Origin: an uncultured Woeseiaceae bacterium
GTDB taxonomy: Bacteria; Pseudomonadota; Gammaproteobacteria; Steroidobacterales; Woeseiaceae
Length of the DNA stretch: 64,000 nucleotides
NCBI GenBank assembly: GCA_947259985.1
Contig: CAMYOJ010000006.1
Coordinates: 342 to 64,341 of the forward strand
Direction of reading: 5' to 3'
Each line of letters opens with the position of its first letter. The stretch's first letter is position 1. Below are positions 40,170-49,132 of the stretch, one piece after another. The position numbers and the translations under genes were made by a program. The notes beneath the pieces are model-generated. The model was given only the letters and a program-made list of their open reading frames with translations. It was not told where the DNA came from and made no database searches.

Positions 40170-43100
40170 GTGACCGACAAACTGAACCAGTTAATACTGT
40201 TCGCCGTCACGCTGCTCATTGCGGCGCCCGCCGCCGCGGATTTCGGTCAATACCGGAGCCATGAACTCGACGGCCAGACACTGCGAGTTCGAAGCGATCT
40301 CGGCGAACTGCGCATTAGCGCCCTGGACGATGCGGCGTTCGAGGTGCATTACCTCGAGGACGGCGTCAAGCAACTGCCTTCATTCGCGATTGCCGACGAG
40401 CCCGAAGACGTTCCCGTGGCACTCAGCGAATCCGATACGCAACTCGCGTTCGCAATTGACGGCCTCGTTGTGACAATCGATAAGTCACCGCTGCGACTGT
40501 CATTTGCCAATGACGACGAACTGCTGTTTGAAGAGGAGCACGGCTACTTCGCGTACGACACGATCCGCGGCTTCCGCTTCCGGCTGCAGGACGACGAGAA
40601 GATAATGGGCGGCGGTCAGCGCGTGCTCGGCATGGACAGGCGAGGCAAGCGGCTGCCACTTTATAACCGTGCTCACTACGGGTATACGACCGAGTCATAC
40701 CAGATGTACTACGGCCTGCCGGCGGTCATGTCGAGCAGGAAGTACGCGATCGTGCACGACAATTCAGCAAGCGGCTGGATCGACATTGGCAGCACCGAGA
40801 AAGACGTACTGCAGTTTGAGGCGGCCGGCGGTCGAACCGCTTATATCGTGGTCGCCGGTGACACGTATCCGCAACTGATCGGCAATTACACGGACGTCAC
40901 CGGAAAGCAGCCGCTGCCACCCCGCTGGGCATTCGGCAACTATGCATCGCGTTTCGGCTATCGCACGGAGAAGCAGACGCGCGACGTTGTGCGGCGCTTC
41001 AGGCGTGCCGACATCCCGCTTGATGCCGTCATCCTGGATCTCTACTGGTTCGGTCCCGACATCCAGGGCCACATGGGTAATCTCGACTGGGACCGGGAAG
41101 CGTTTCCGACGGCCGAAGACATGATCGCGGATTTTCGCCGGCAGGGTGTCAGGACGATCCCCATCACCGAACCGTTCATCCTCACGACGTCGACAAACTG
41201 GCAGGACGCGGTCGATAACGAAGCGTTGGCGAAGAACGCGACCGGCGCGCCCAAGACCTTTGACTTCTACTTCGGCAATACCGGGCTCATCGACGTTTTC
41301 AGCCAGGCGGGCCGCCAGTGGTTCTGGAAGCACTATCAGACCCTGTTCGAGCAGGGCGCCGCGGCGACCTGGGGGGACCTGGGCGAGCCCGAGGTGCACC
41401 CGGCCGATTCCCTGCACCGCGTCGGCAGCGCCCTGGCATCGGGGGACGAAGTCCATAACGCCTACGGCCACATGTGGGCGAAGACCGTGTACGACAATCA
41501 GGTCGAACGATTTCCCGACATGCGCCCGGTAATCATGATGCGATCGGGTTTCGCAGGATCGCAGCGCTACGGCATCCTGCCATGGACCGGCGATGTCGAC
41601 CGGTCCTGGGGAGGACTCAAGCCACAGGTGGAATTGAGCCTGCAGATGGGACTGTTCGGACTGGCTTACAACCACTCCGACCTGGGCGGCTTCGCGGGCG
41701 GCGAAACGTTCGACAAGGAGATGTACGTCCGCTGGTTGCAGTACGGCGTTTTCCAGCCCGTCTACCGGCCGCACGGGCAGGAACACATTCCATCGGAACC
41801 CGTGTTCCATGACCGGGAAACGCTGCGCTTGTCGCGCGAGGCGATTCGACTGCGTTACCGGCTGCTGCCCTACAATTACACGCTTGCGTGGGAGAATACG
41901 ACGACCGGCATGCCGCTGATGCGGCCGTTGTTCTTCGAGGACGAGAGTGACCCGGGACTTATCGATGAGAAAGACGCGTACCTCTGGGGCGACGCATTTC
42001 TCGTCAAGCCCGTGACCGATCCGGGAGTTTCCGAGGTGGAAGTGCCACTGCCAGACGGCGCCTGGTTCGACTTCTGGAATGACACGCGCTACATGGGCGG
42101 ACAAACAGCAAGCGTGCCGGTGACGCTCGAGACGATTCCCGTGCTCGTACGCGCGGGGTCGATCATTCCGATGGTCGAAGCCGTCAACACCACCGACGAT
42201 TACAGCAGCGAAAAACTCACGTTGCACTACTATGCGGACTCGTCGGCGACCCAATCCTCGGCACGACTGTTCGAGGACGACGGGTCAAGCCGCACCAGTC
42301 TCGAGGACGGCACGTACGAGTTGCTTGAATTCAACGCTGACCGCTCCGGCGACGCGCTGCGCATCAGCCTGAATCGCAATGGCGAGGGCTACCCGGGCAT
42401 GCCGAAACGGCGCAAACTGGAGATCGTGATTCACAACTGGTCGGCACCCGTCGACGCTGTGACGTTCAACGAAGACAGCGTTCGTGGGCGCAAGAAGGAC
42501 GGCACGTTGACCGTAAACGTCGACTGGGACCATGCGCCCGCGACCCTGCAAATCAACAGGCCCGAGGAACAGGTCATGAATGGCAAGCCTGTCGTGTACC
42601 AGGTGTTTACGCGTCTCTTCGGTAACAAGACCGCGACGAACAAGCCCTGGGGAACAATTGAGGATAACGGCGTTGGCAAATTCAGCGACTTTGACGAAAC
42701 GGCGCTCGAGGCCATTCGCGAACTTGGCACCACGCATATCTGGTACACGGGCGTACCGCACCACGCCGTAATACGCGATTACACGGACTACGGTATCAGC
42801 AACGACGATCCCGACGTCGTCAAGGGCCGCGCGGGCTCGCCGTATGCCGTCAAGGACTACTACAGCGTCAGCCCGGACCTCGCCGACGATCCCGGCAACC
42901 GGCTTGCCGAGTTCGAGGCACTGATCCGGCGCACGCACGCGTCGGGCATGAAAGTGATCATCGATATCGTGCCGAATCACATCGCGCGTAGCTACGAGTC
43001 ACTGGGCAAGCCCAAGGGCGTCGCGGATTTCGGCGCGGGCGACGACACCTCGGTGGAGTGGGCGAGGGACAACAACTTTTACTATGTCGTAGGCCAGGAC

Positions 43101-44375
43101 TTCAGCGTTCCCGTGTCACCGGACGGCTATTCGCCGCTCGGCGGGGAGCCGCACCCGCTCGCCGATGGAAAATTCACAGAGTCCCCCGCGAAATGGACTG
43201 GCAACGGAGCGCGTGAAGCACGCCCGCGGTTCGACGACTGGTTTGAAACCGTCAAGGTCAACTACGGCGTGCGCCCGGACGGCAGCTACGCGTTCGACCG
43301 GCTGCCCGCGGCGGCACGGGACTGGACCGCATCGCAGCATGCGGGATTCTGGGCGGACAAGGACGTGCCGGACAGCTGGAAGAAATTTCGGCACATCGCG
43401 CTTTACTGGCTCGACAAAGGCGTCGACGGCTTCCGCTACGACATGGCCGAGATGGTCCCCGTCGAATTCTGGAGCTACCTGAACTCATCGATCAAGAGCA
43501 AGAACCCGGACGCCTTCCTGTTGGCGGAGGTCTACAACCCGGACCTGTATCGCGACTACATCCAACTCGGGCGCATGGACTACCTCTATGACAAGGTCGG
43601 TTTTTACGACACGCTAAAGCCGATCATGCAGGGCAAGGCCGGCACCGACGCCCTTGCAACCGTGCATGCGAAGGTTCTCGACATCGAGGAGCACATGCTG
43701 CACTTCCTGGAAAATCATGATGAGCAGCGCATAGCGAGCCCCGATTTTGCGGGCGATGCGGCGATAGGAAAGCCTGCGATGACCGTGTCCGCGCTCATCA
43801 GCCGCTCACCGACAATGCTGTATTTCGCGCAGGACGTCGGCGAGCCGGGTGACGGCGACGCTGGGTTCGGTAGCTCGACGCGCACAACCATCTTTGATTA
43901 CTGGGGCGTACCGTCGCACCAGCGCTGGATGAATGGCGGCGCGTTCGACGGCGGCGAACTCGCGCCTGGCGAGCGATCGCTGCGCGACTTCTACGTCCGA
44001 CTCATGACGTTCAGCGCATCCAGCCCGGCAATGAACGGCGAGTACCAGGAAATCCACTCTTTCAATCGCGCGCAGCAGAACGATGCGTACAACGACCGGG
44101 TGTTTTCATTCGCTCGCTGGACAGACGACAAGCGACTGTTCGTCGTGGCGAATTTCGATGACGAACAAGCGCACGATCTTGAAGTTCGCGTGCCCGCCGA
44201 CCTGGTCGGCAAATGGGGGCTGAAGGATGCCCGCTACATGCTCGACGAGCAGCTCTATCGCCGCAACCATGCACAGCTGGTCGTCGAACAGGGAAAAGGC
44301 GTATTTCGGATCACGCTCGAGCCACTTGAATCGGTAGTGCTCAGCGTAGGCGCACAAAACATCGCACTGCACTGA
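40170..44375 (+). CDS. Secreted two-module glycosidase: GH31 alpha-glucosidase/transglucosidase (aa 1 to about 800) fused to a GH13 alpha-amylase-family module (aa about 803-1401)
   Basis: GTG start with signal peptide MTDKLNQLILFAVTLLIAAPAAA. GH31 motifs are WGDLGEPE (nucleophile region) and RSGFAGSQRYGILPWTGDV. All four GH13 conserved regions are present: DIVPNH, GFRYDMAEM, LLAEVY and FLENHDEQR. Confidence 0.8.
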   Translation: MTDKLNQLILFAVTLLIAAPAAADFGQYRSHELDGQTLRVRSDLGELRISALDDAAFEVHYLEDGVKQLPSFAIADEPEDVPVALSESDTQLAFAIDGLVVTIDKSPLRLSFANDDELLFEEEHGYFAYDTIRGFRFRLQDDEKIMGGGQRVLGMDRRGKRLPLYNRAHYGYTTESYQMYYGLPAVMSSRKYAIVHDNSASGWIDIGSTEKDVLQFEAAGGRTAYIVVAGDTYPQLIGNYTDVTGKQPLPPRWAFGNYASRFGYRTEKQTRDVVRRFRRADIPLDAVILDLYWFGPDIQGHMGNLDWDREAFPTAEDMIADFRRQGVRTIPITEPFILTTSTNWQDAVDNEALAKNATGAPKTFDFYFGNTGLIDVFSQAGRQWFWKHYQTLFEQGAAATWGDLGEPEVHPADSLHRVGSALASGDEVHNAYGHMWAKTVYDNQVERFPDMRPVIMMRSGFAGSQRYGILPWTGDVDRSWGGLKPQVELSLQMGLFGLAYNHSDLGGFAGGETFDKEMYVRWLQYGVFQPVYRPHGQEHIPSEPVFHDRETLRLSREAIRLRYRLLPYNYTLAWENTTTGMPLMRPLFFEDESDPGLIDEKDAYLWGDAFLVKPVTDPGVSEVEVPLPDGAWFDFWNDTRYMGGQTASVPVTLETIPVLVRAGSIIPMVEAVNTTDDYSSEKLTLHYYADSSATQSSARLFEDDGSSRTSLEDGTYELLEFNADRSGDALRISLNRNGEGYPGMPKRRKLEIVIHNWSAPVDAVTFNEDSVRGRKKDGTLTVNVDWDHAPATLQINRPEEQVMNGKPVVYQVFTRLFGNKTATNKPWGTIEDNGVGKFSDFDETALEAIRELGTTHIWYTGVPHHAVIRDYTDYGISNDDPDVVKGRAGSPYAVKDYYSVSPDLADDPGNRLAEFEALIRRTHASGMKVIIDIVPNHIARSYESLGKPKGVADFGAGDDTSVEWARDNNFYYVVGQDFSVPVSPDGYSPLGGEPHPLADGKFTESPAKWTGNGAREARPRFDDWFETVKVNYGVRPDGSYAFDRLPAAARDWTASQHAGFWADKDVPDSWKKFRHIALYWLDKGVDGFRYDMAEMVPVEFWSYLNSSIKSKNPDAFLLAEVYNPDLYRDYIQLGRMDYLYDKVGFYDTLKPIMQGKAGTDALATVHAKVLDIEEHMLHFLENHDEQRIASPDFAGDAAIGKPAMTVSALISRSPTMLYFAQDVGEPGDGDAGFGSSTRTTIFDYWGVPSHQRWMNGGAFDGGELAPGERSLRDFYVRLMTFSASSPAMNGEYQEIHSFNRAQQNDAYNDRVFSFARWTDDKRLFVVANFDDEQAHDLEVRVPADLVGKWGLKDARYMLDEQLYRRNHAQLVVEQGKGVFRITLEPLESVVLSVGAQNIALH

Positions 44376-44410
44376 CGCATCGCACGGTCGGATCACCCTG
44401 GCACGATGGC

Positions 44411-45925
44411 TCAGCAGGCGCTTTGCAGTAAGGCCAGCTGCTCCTGGTGAGGCTTGAAGTTCAGCGCACATCCCTCAAGGTAACTCGCGATCTGTTTCAG
44501 GTCGTACTTGAGTGCAAGTTCACTACCGGGCCGTACCTGTTCCTGCGTCGGATAGATGCCCTTTCCTGCGAGCAGGCAATTCCACGAGACGCTCGGGAAG
44601 TAGGCATCGAGATTCTGGCGTTTGAGCTCGTCGGTGATGTTCTTGCCCTGCGTCCATGCAGCCAGGATCTCGCGCAGTGAACGGGAGATCTTGTCGTTGT
44701 TGCCGTTATCGATCCAGTAGGGTGTGTCCGTACGGGTATTGATCCGGTAATGGCAGACGATGTAGTCGCGCACCGCATCGAAACGCTTGCTGACATGATT
44801 GTTGAAATCATCCCGGTACTTGTCGGTCATATTGCCGTTGTTGGCAGCCTCTATGAAGCGGACGACGGTTTCCTGCACCATGTCGAGCGCCGTCGCCTCC
44901 AGCGGCTCGATGAAACCCTGCGACAGGCCGACAGCCACGCAGTTCTTGTACCAATGCTCCCGGACCCGGCCCACCTTGAATTTCAGTCGCCGAGCCTCGA
45001 TGTCCGCATCGACGAGCCCGAGTTTTTGCCTGAACTCCAGCTCGGCATCATCGTCGTCGACATACTTCGAGCTATAAACGTAGCCGTTGCCAAAACGCGA
45101 GGTCAGTGGAATCTTCCACGACCAGCCGTACTTCAGAGCCGTCGAAATCGTCTGAGGCTCGGGATTCTCGTCGGGCTCAGTCGGGAATACGACCGCGGAG
45201 TCGTTGAACAGCACATCTTCACAACTATCGAAGGGCACGCGCAGTGTCTGCTGCAACAGATGACTCCTGAAGCCGGTTGAATCGATGTAGAAATCGGCCT
45301 TTATGACTTCCTCGCTGTCCGTTTCAAGAAAGTCGATGTATCCCTGCTGGTCCAGCACCACCTCGGTCACGGTCGCCTGCCTGTACTTGACGCCCTTCTT
45401 CGCGGCCCATTCCTTCAGAAACTCACCGAGCAAGCCGGAATTGAAGTGGTAGCCGTAGTTCATCTCGAACGGAAAATTCGGCGGCGCAATCGGCGCAAGT
45501 CGTTGTTTCGCGAGCTGCCAGGCCATGAAAAACTGGCTCGGGTGGCCGTCGAGGTCAACGCCCTTGCGCCTCAGGAAGCTGTTGTGAAAGAACGCGGGTA
45601 CCGAGAATTCATCAGGCTGGCACAGGAACGGGTGGAAGTACTCGTCGAACCCGGGTTTCGTCGACCAGTCCCTGAACGTGATGCCGACCTTGTAAGTGGC
45701 GTCACAGCGGGCCATCCAGTCTGACTCTTCAGTACCGATGATCTCCATGAAGGTCTTTAGCGGTGGCGTCGACCCTTCGCCGACACCGATGATGCCGATG
45801 TCTGGAGACTCCACCAGCGTGATGTCGAGGCCCTTGTCCTTCCAGTGCGTCGCGAGGAGATTCGCGGCTATCCAGCCGGCGGTGCCACCGCCAAGGATTA
45901 CGATGCTCTTGGTATTACTGCGCAT
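44411..45925 (-). CDS. Flavin-dependent tryptophan-halogenase-family protein
   Basis: 504 aa with GGGTAGW (FAD binding), GWSWKIPL (WxWxIP), a Lys in ATYKVGITF and a Glu in GFIEPLEAT. Confidence 0.8.
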   Translation of the reverse strand: MRSNTKSIVILGGGTAGWIAANLLATHWKDKGLDITLVESPDIGIIGVGEGSTPPLKTFMEIIGTEESDWMARCDATYKVGITFRDWSTKPGFDEYFHPFLCQPDEFSVPAFFHNSFLRRKGVDLDGHPSQFFMAWQLAKQRLAPIAPPNFPFEMNYGYHFNSGLLGEFLKEWAAKKGVKYRQATVTEVVLDQQGYIDFLETDSEEVIKADFYIDSTGFRSHLLQQTLRVPFDSCEDVLFNDSAVVFPTEPDENPEPQTISTALKYGWSWKIPLTSRFGNGYVYSSKYVDDDDAELEFRQKLGLVDADIEARRLKFKVGRVREHWYKNCVAVGLSQGFIEPLEATALDMVQETVVRFIEAANNGNMTDKYRDDFNNHVSKRFDAVRDYIVCHYRINTRTDTPYWIDNGNNDKISRSLREILAAWTQGKNITDELKRQNLDAYFPSVSWNCLLAGKGIYPTQEQVRPGSELALKYDLKQIASYLEGCALNFKPHQEQLALLQSAC

Positions 45926-45955
45926 TTTCGGTCTTCACAAAAATTGTAGACTGCC

Positions 45956-45991
45956 AAAAAAAAGACCGCCCGAAAAGCATCCGGGCGGTCT
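45956..45991 (-). terminator. Rho-independent terminator after the TBDR gene
   Basis: The minus strand reads AGACCGCCCG-gatgctttt-CGGGCGGTCT followed by TTTTTTTT. It lies between the TBDR stop (46037) and the halogenase start (45925). Confidence 0.8.
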
Positions 45992-46036
45992 TTGTGTCTT
46001 TCTATAGAGAAAAGACGTGTGGTATTGCCCTCGCCT

Positions 46037-48952
46037 CTAGTACCGGTAATTCAAACCAAAGTAATACTGGCGTCCGAATTCCTTGTACTCGCCGAAAGCG
46101 CCATCGATGCCATACTCGATGATGTTTTCCTCATCCGTGAGGTTGTTGGCCGAAACCACCACGCTCAAGCCGTTGTCCCAGGCGTAGGACATCTGCGCGT
46201 CGACGGTCGTGTAGTCCTGCGCATAGACAGGCGAGTTGGCGCCGGGAATCGGCAGGTTCTGCACAAACTCATCACGATAGCGGGTGTTGACATGTGCACT
46301 GAAGCCTTCGTAATCGAAGAAGACAGTAGCACTCCAGACGTTTTCGGACAGGCCCGGCAATGGCAGATTCTCGCCGTAGAAACTACCGCCGCCCACCTCG
46401 GTCTCGCTCTCGGTGTACGAGTAACTCGCCGTGGCGCCCAAGCCTGACCAGATGCCCGGCAAGTTGTCGAAGGTCTTGGTACCTGCGAGCTCGATGCCGC
46501 GAATATAGCCACCCAGGTCATTGTTGAGGTAGGTCTGGTAGATATTGAGGAACTGCCCGTCGGGAACGATGAGGCCAATGTCGTCAGGATTCACGTCCGT
46601 AAACTGCGTCGGGCCCTCGACCAGCGAGTCGATGTCCTTGTAGAACACGGCCGCGGTGACGGCGCCACCGTCCTCGAAGTAGTGCTCGTAGGAAACGTCG
46701 AACTGGTTCGCCTCGAACGGATCGAGATACGGCGTACCGTTGGTCCAGACGTTGTACTCGGTCAAACCGAAATTCGGATCAGCAGGATCGCTAATGGTCG
46801 CGCCGTTCCAGGAGCCGGCACCGCCCTTCATCTGGCCGACCGGCGGACGGCCCATGACCTTGGCTGCGGCAAAACGCAGGATGTCGTTGTCGGTGAGCTC
46901 GAAGCTCAGGTTGACCGACGGCAGCCAGTCTTCGTAATCCGGGCCGTAGTCTACGTAGTCGAGGTTGTCCTGCGTGACGCCCACGCCGTCTGTAATCGGC
47001 GTACCGTTTCCGGCACCAACGTTCTGCAGGCCGACCGTCTTGACGTCGCTATCGACGTAGCGAACACCGATATTGCCGCGCACAGGTACGTTGCCCCACT
47101 CGAAGTCGAGGTTCGCCTGAAGGTAATAGGCATCGGTATCTTCGTTGATATCGTTCGACTCGATGAAGGTCCAGTCACGGCTGTGCAGCTTTACGCCGCC
47201 GTCGTTGCCGGCGCCGAAGATGCTCGCCGAGAGACCTTCGAGATCGTCGATGACGAAGTGATCCGGCACGCCCGGGAGTGACTGAACCGAGACAAAGCCA
47301 TCGACCGGCTGCGGGGTACAGGCGGCAAGCGAGGACGTATCGTCTTCGCACCAGCCCGTTCCCTGGCCGCTGCGCGAACCGTACAGGAACGTGCCGCGAT
47401 CCGCAGAGAAGGTGCGATCGGAGAAGCGCACACCGACCTCGATCGAGGAGATGGCCTTCCAGTCGAGATCGAACTGGTAGTCCAGCTTCCAGGCGTCGAT
47501 TTCGTCTTCGTAGGTGTGCGGGTAGCGCTCGTAACGCGACAGGCGCATCATGTCGAGGTCAGTGAAGTTGACACCCGCGAAGGATGCGCTTGCGACGTCC
47601 TGGCCGTTCAAGGTGTAAGTCACGGACTGGCCAGGCAGCTCCCCGAGGACAGCGCCCGTTACGGGATCGATGTCGTAGGCGTGCATCGAGGCGATGCGGT
47701 CTTCGCGGGTCTTCTTACCGTCGCTGTTGTAAATGTCGAAGGTCAGCGTGCTGCGCTCGTTGACGTACCACTGCAGGTTCAGGCCCAGAGTTTCGCTCTC
47801 GGCCGAGGTCGTCTGGTCCTCGGTACGCGCCTCGAACCACGGATGGGACTGGTTGTCGAGGTTCGGATCCGTCGGGCTGATCGTCGCCGTGGTCGCGAGA
47901 CCATTGGACACTGTTGCGCCCGACACAATGGCATTGGCCTCATCCTCGTCGAGTCCGCCAACCGTGATGCCCTGGCGCCGGTCGCCGCGATCGAAATCCG
48001 AATCGAAGTAATCGACTTGCGCCTTGATCAAATCGTTCGGCTCCCAAACGACCGATGCAAGAAAGCCCGTGCGCTCATCGTTGCCGCTTCCGCCCTGCCA
48101 CTGGAATGCGCGCGGCAGGCTGTCGTCATTACCATCTGCATTGACATCGCGAGTGCCGTAGCCCAGCTGGCTATCAGCGCCGGCGCGCGAGAAGACAAAG
48201 GCATTAGGCTGATCGAGGTAGGAGTAACCCAGGGCGACACCCAGAGTCTCTTCCAGGAACTTGCCCTGGTAGGCAGCGCTATAACGTTCGCCATCCTCGT
48301 CAGCACCGTAGTCGTCGGCGCCATCGTTGTACGACAGGCGCGCGTTGAGTACGAAGTTGTGCTCATTCTCGGCCTGCAGCGGATTCGCCGTCCGGAGTTC
48401 GACAGTACCCGCGACGCCACCTTCGATCTGGGAGGCTTTGGGCGACTTGTAGACAGCCGCCTGGTTGATCAGTTCGGCCGGGAACTGGTCGAAGGACATC
48501 CAGCGCGTGGCTTCCGAGTAGCCCGCTGTCGACGCCTGCTCGCGACCATTCATCGTCGTCTGGATGAAGTCGCCGTTCATGCCTCGAATGTTGAGCTGCG
48601 AGGACTGTCCCGAATCGCGGATCGTGGTTACGCCGGGAACGCGGCCCAAAGCGTCGGCAATCGACTGGTCTGGCAGCGCGCCGAGCGCGCCCGCGTCGAT
48701 CACGTCGGAAATCGTGTCCGCCATGCGCTTCGAGTTGACCGAGTCCATGATACTGGTACGCACGCCAATGGTGACGATTTCCTCGATCACCTCATCGTCG
48801 TTGTCCTGGGCAAGTGCTACGCCCGGCGACATCGACGCGGTAGGCAAAGCTGCCGCTACGGCCAGCGAAACCGCCGTACGGCGAATATTGCTTGTCAAGT
48901 TATTTGAGTCGTCAGAGACTGACTGCGCGCCATGGCGCCGTTTATTGACCAT
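46037..48952 (-). CDS. TonB-dependent outer-membrane receptor (probable maltodextrin/alpha-glucan TBDR)
   Basis: 971 aa. Signal peptide, TonB-box-like EEIVTIGVR, plug domain, and a long beta-barrel ending in the aromatic C-terminus YYFGLNYRY. Confidence 0.9.
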   Translation of the reverse strand: MVNKRRHGAQSVSDDSNNLTSNIRRTAVSLAVAAALPTASMSPGVALAQDNDDEVIEEIVTIGVRTSIMDSVNSKRMADTISDVIDAGALGALPDQSIADALGRVPGVTTIRDSGQSSQLNIRGMNGDFIQTTMNGREQASTAGYSEATRWMSFDQFPAELINQAAVYKSPKASQIEGGVAGTVELRTANPLQAENEHNFVLNARLSYNDGADDYGADEDGERYSAAYQGKFLEETLGVALGYSYLDQPNAFVFSRAGADSQLGYGTRDVNADGNDDSLPRAFQWQGGSGNDERTGFLASVVWEPNDLIKAQVDYFDSDFDRGDRRQGITVGGLDEDEANAIVSGATVSNGLATTATISPTDPNLDNQSHPWFEARTEDQTTSAESETLGLNLQWYVNERSTLTFDIYNSDGKKTREDRIASMHAYDIDPVTGAVLGELPGQSVTYTLNGQDVASASFAGVNFTDLDMMRLSRYERYPHTYEDEIDAWKLDYQFDLDWKAISSIEVGVRFSDRTFSADRGTFLYGSRSGQGTGWCEDDTSSLAACTPQPVDGFVSVQSLPGVPDHFVIDDLEGLSASIFGAGNDGGVKLHSRDWTFIESNDINEDTDAYYLQANLDFEWGNVPVRGNIGVRYVDSDVKTVGLQNVGAGNGTPITDGVGVTQDNLDYVDYGPDYEDWLPSVNLSFELTDNDILRFAAAKVMGRPPVGQMKGGAGSWNGATISDPADPNFGLTEYNVWTNGTPYLDPFEANQFDVSYEHYFEDGGAVTAAVFYKDIDSLVEGPTQFTDVNPDDIGLIVPDGQFLNIYQTYLNNDLGGYIRGIELAGTKTFDNLPGIWSGLGATASYSYTESETEVGGGSFYGENLPLPGLSENVWSATVFFDYEGFSAHVNTRYRDEFVQNLPIPGANSPVYAQDYTTVDAQMSYAWDNGLSVVVSANNLTDEENIIEYGIDGAFGEYKEFGRQYYFGLNYRY

Positions 48953-49032
48953 TATGGAATCCCCCCGAAGGTCTTGAAATTACTTACAGCTACGCTGGTA
49001 ATGATAAGAAGTGCACCTTTACGGGGCAATCC

Positions 49033-49069
49033 AATGCATACGTATTCATTTCCTGAATACGTATGCATT
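49033..49069. promoter_or_regulatory. 37-bp perfect inverted repeat holding two copies of the TGCAWACGTATTCA motif (candidate tandem operators)
   Basis: AATGCATACGTATTCA-tttcc-TGAATACGTATGCATT, with 16-bp arms and no mismatch. It sits in the AT-rich TBDR/malQ divergent region. Confidence 0.6.
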
Positions 49070-49132
49070 TCTTGCCGTATGCAAGCGCACTGGCTTAGTT
49101 TCACTTCTAAACAAGATGCGTTCGCAATTAAG

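Noticed and set aside
40764-42254. 496-aa ORF antisense to the GH31 module; similar cases at 47516..48907 (TBDR), 55454..57292 (glgP), 32971..34263 (zwf), 37916..39280 (GH97), 19808..20983 (yfcC) and 35376..36479 (lacI)
   Set aside because: All are fully nested antisense to genes with clear family motifs and have Arg-rich compositions typical of GC-rich antisense frames.
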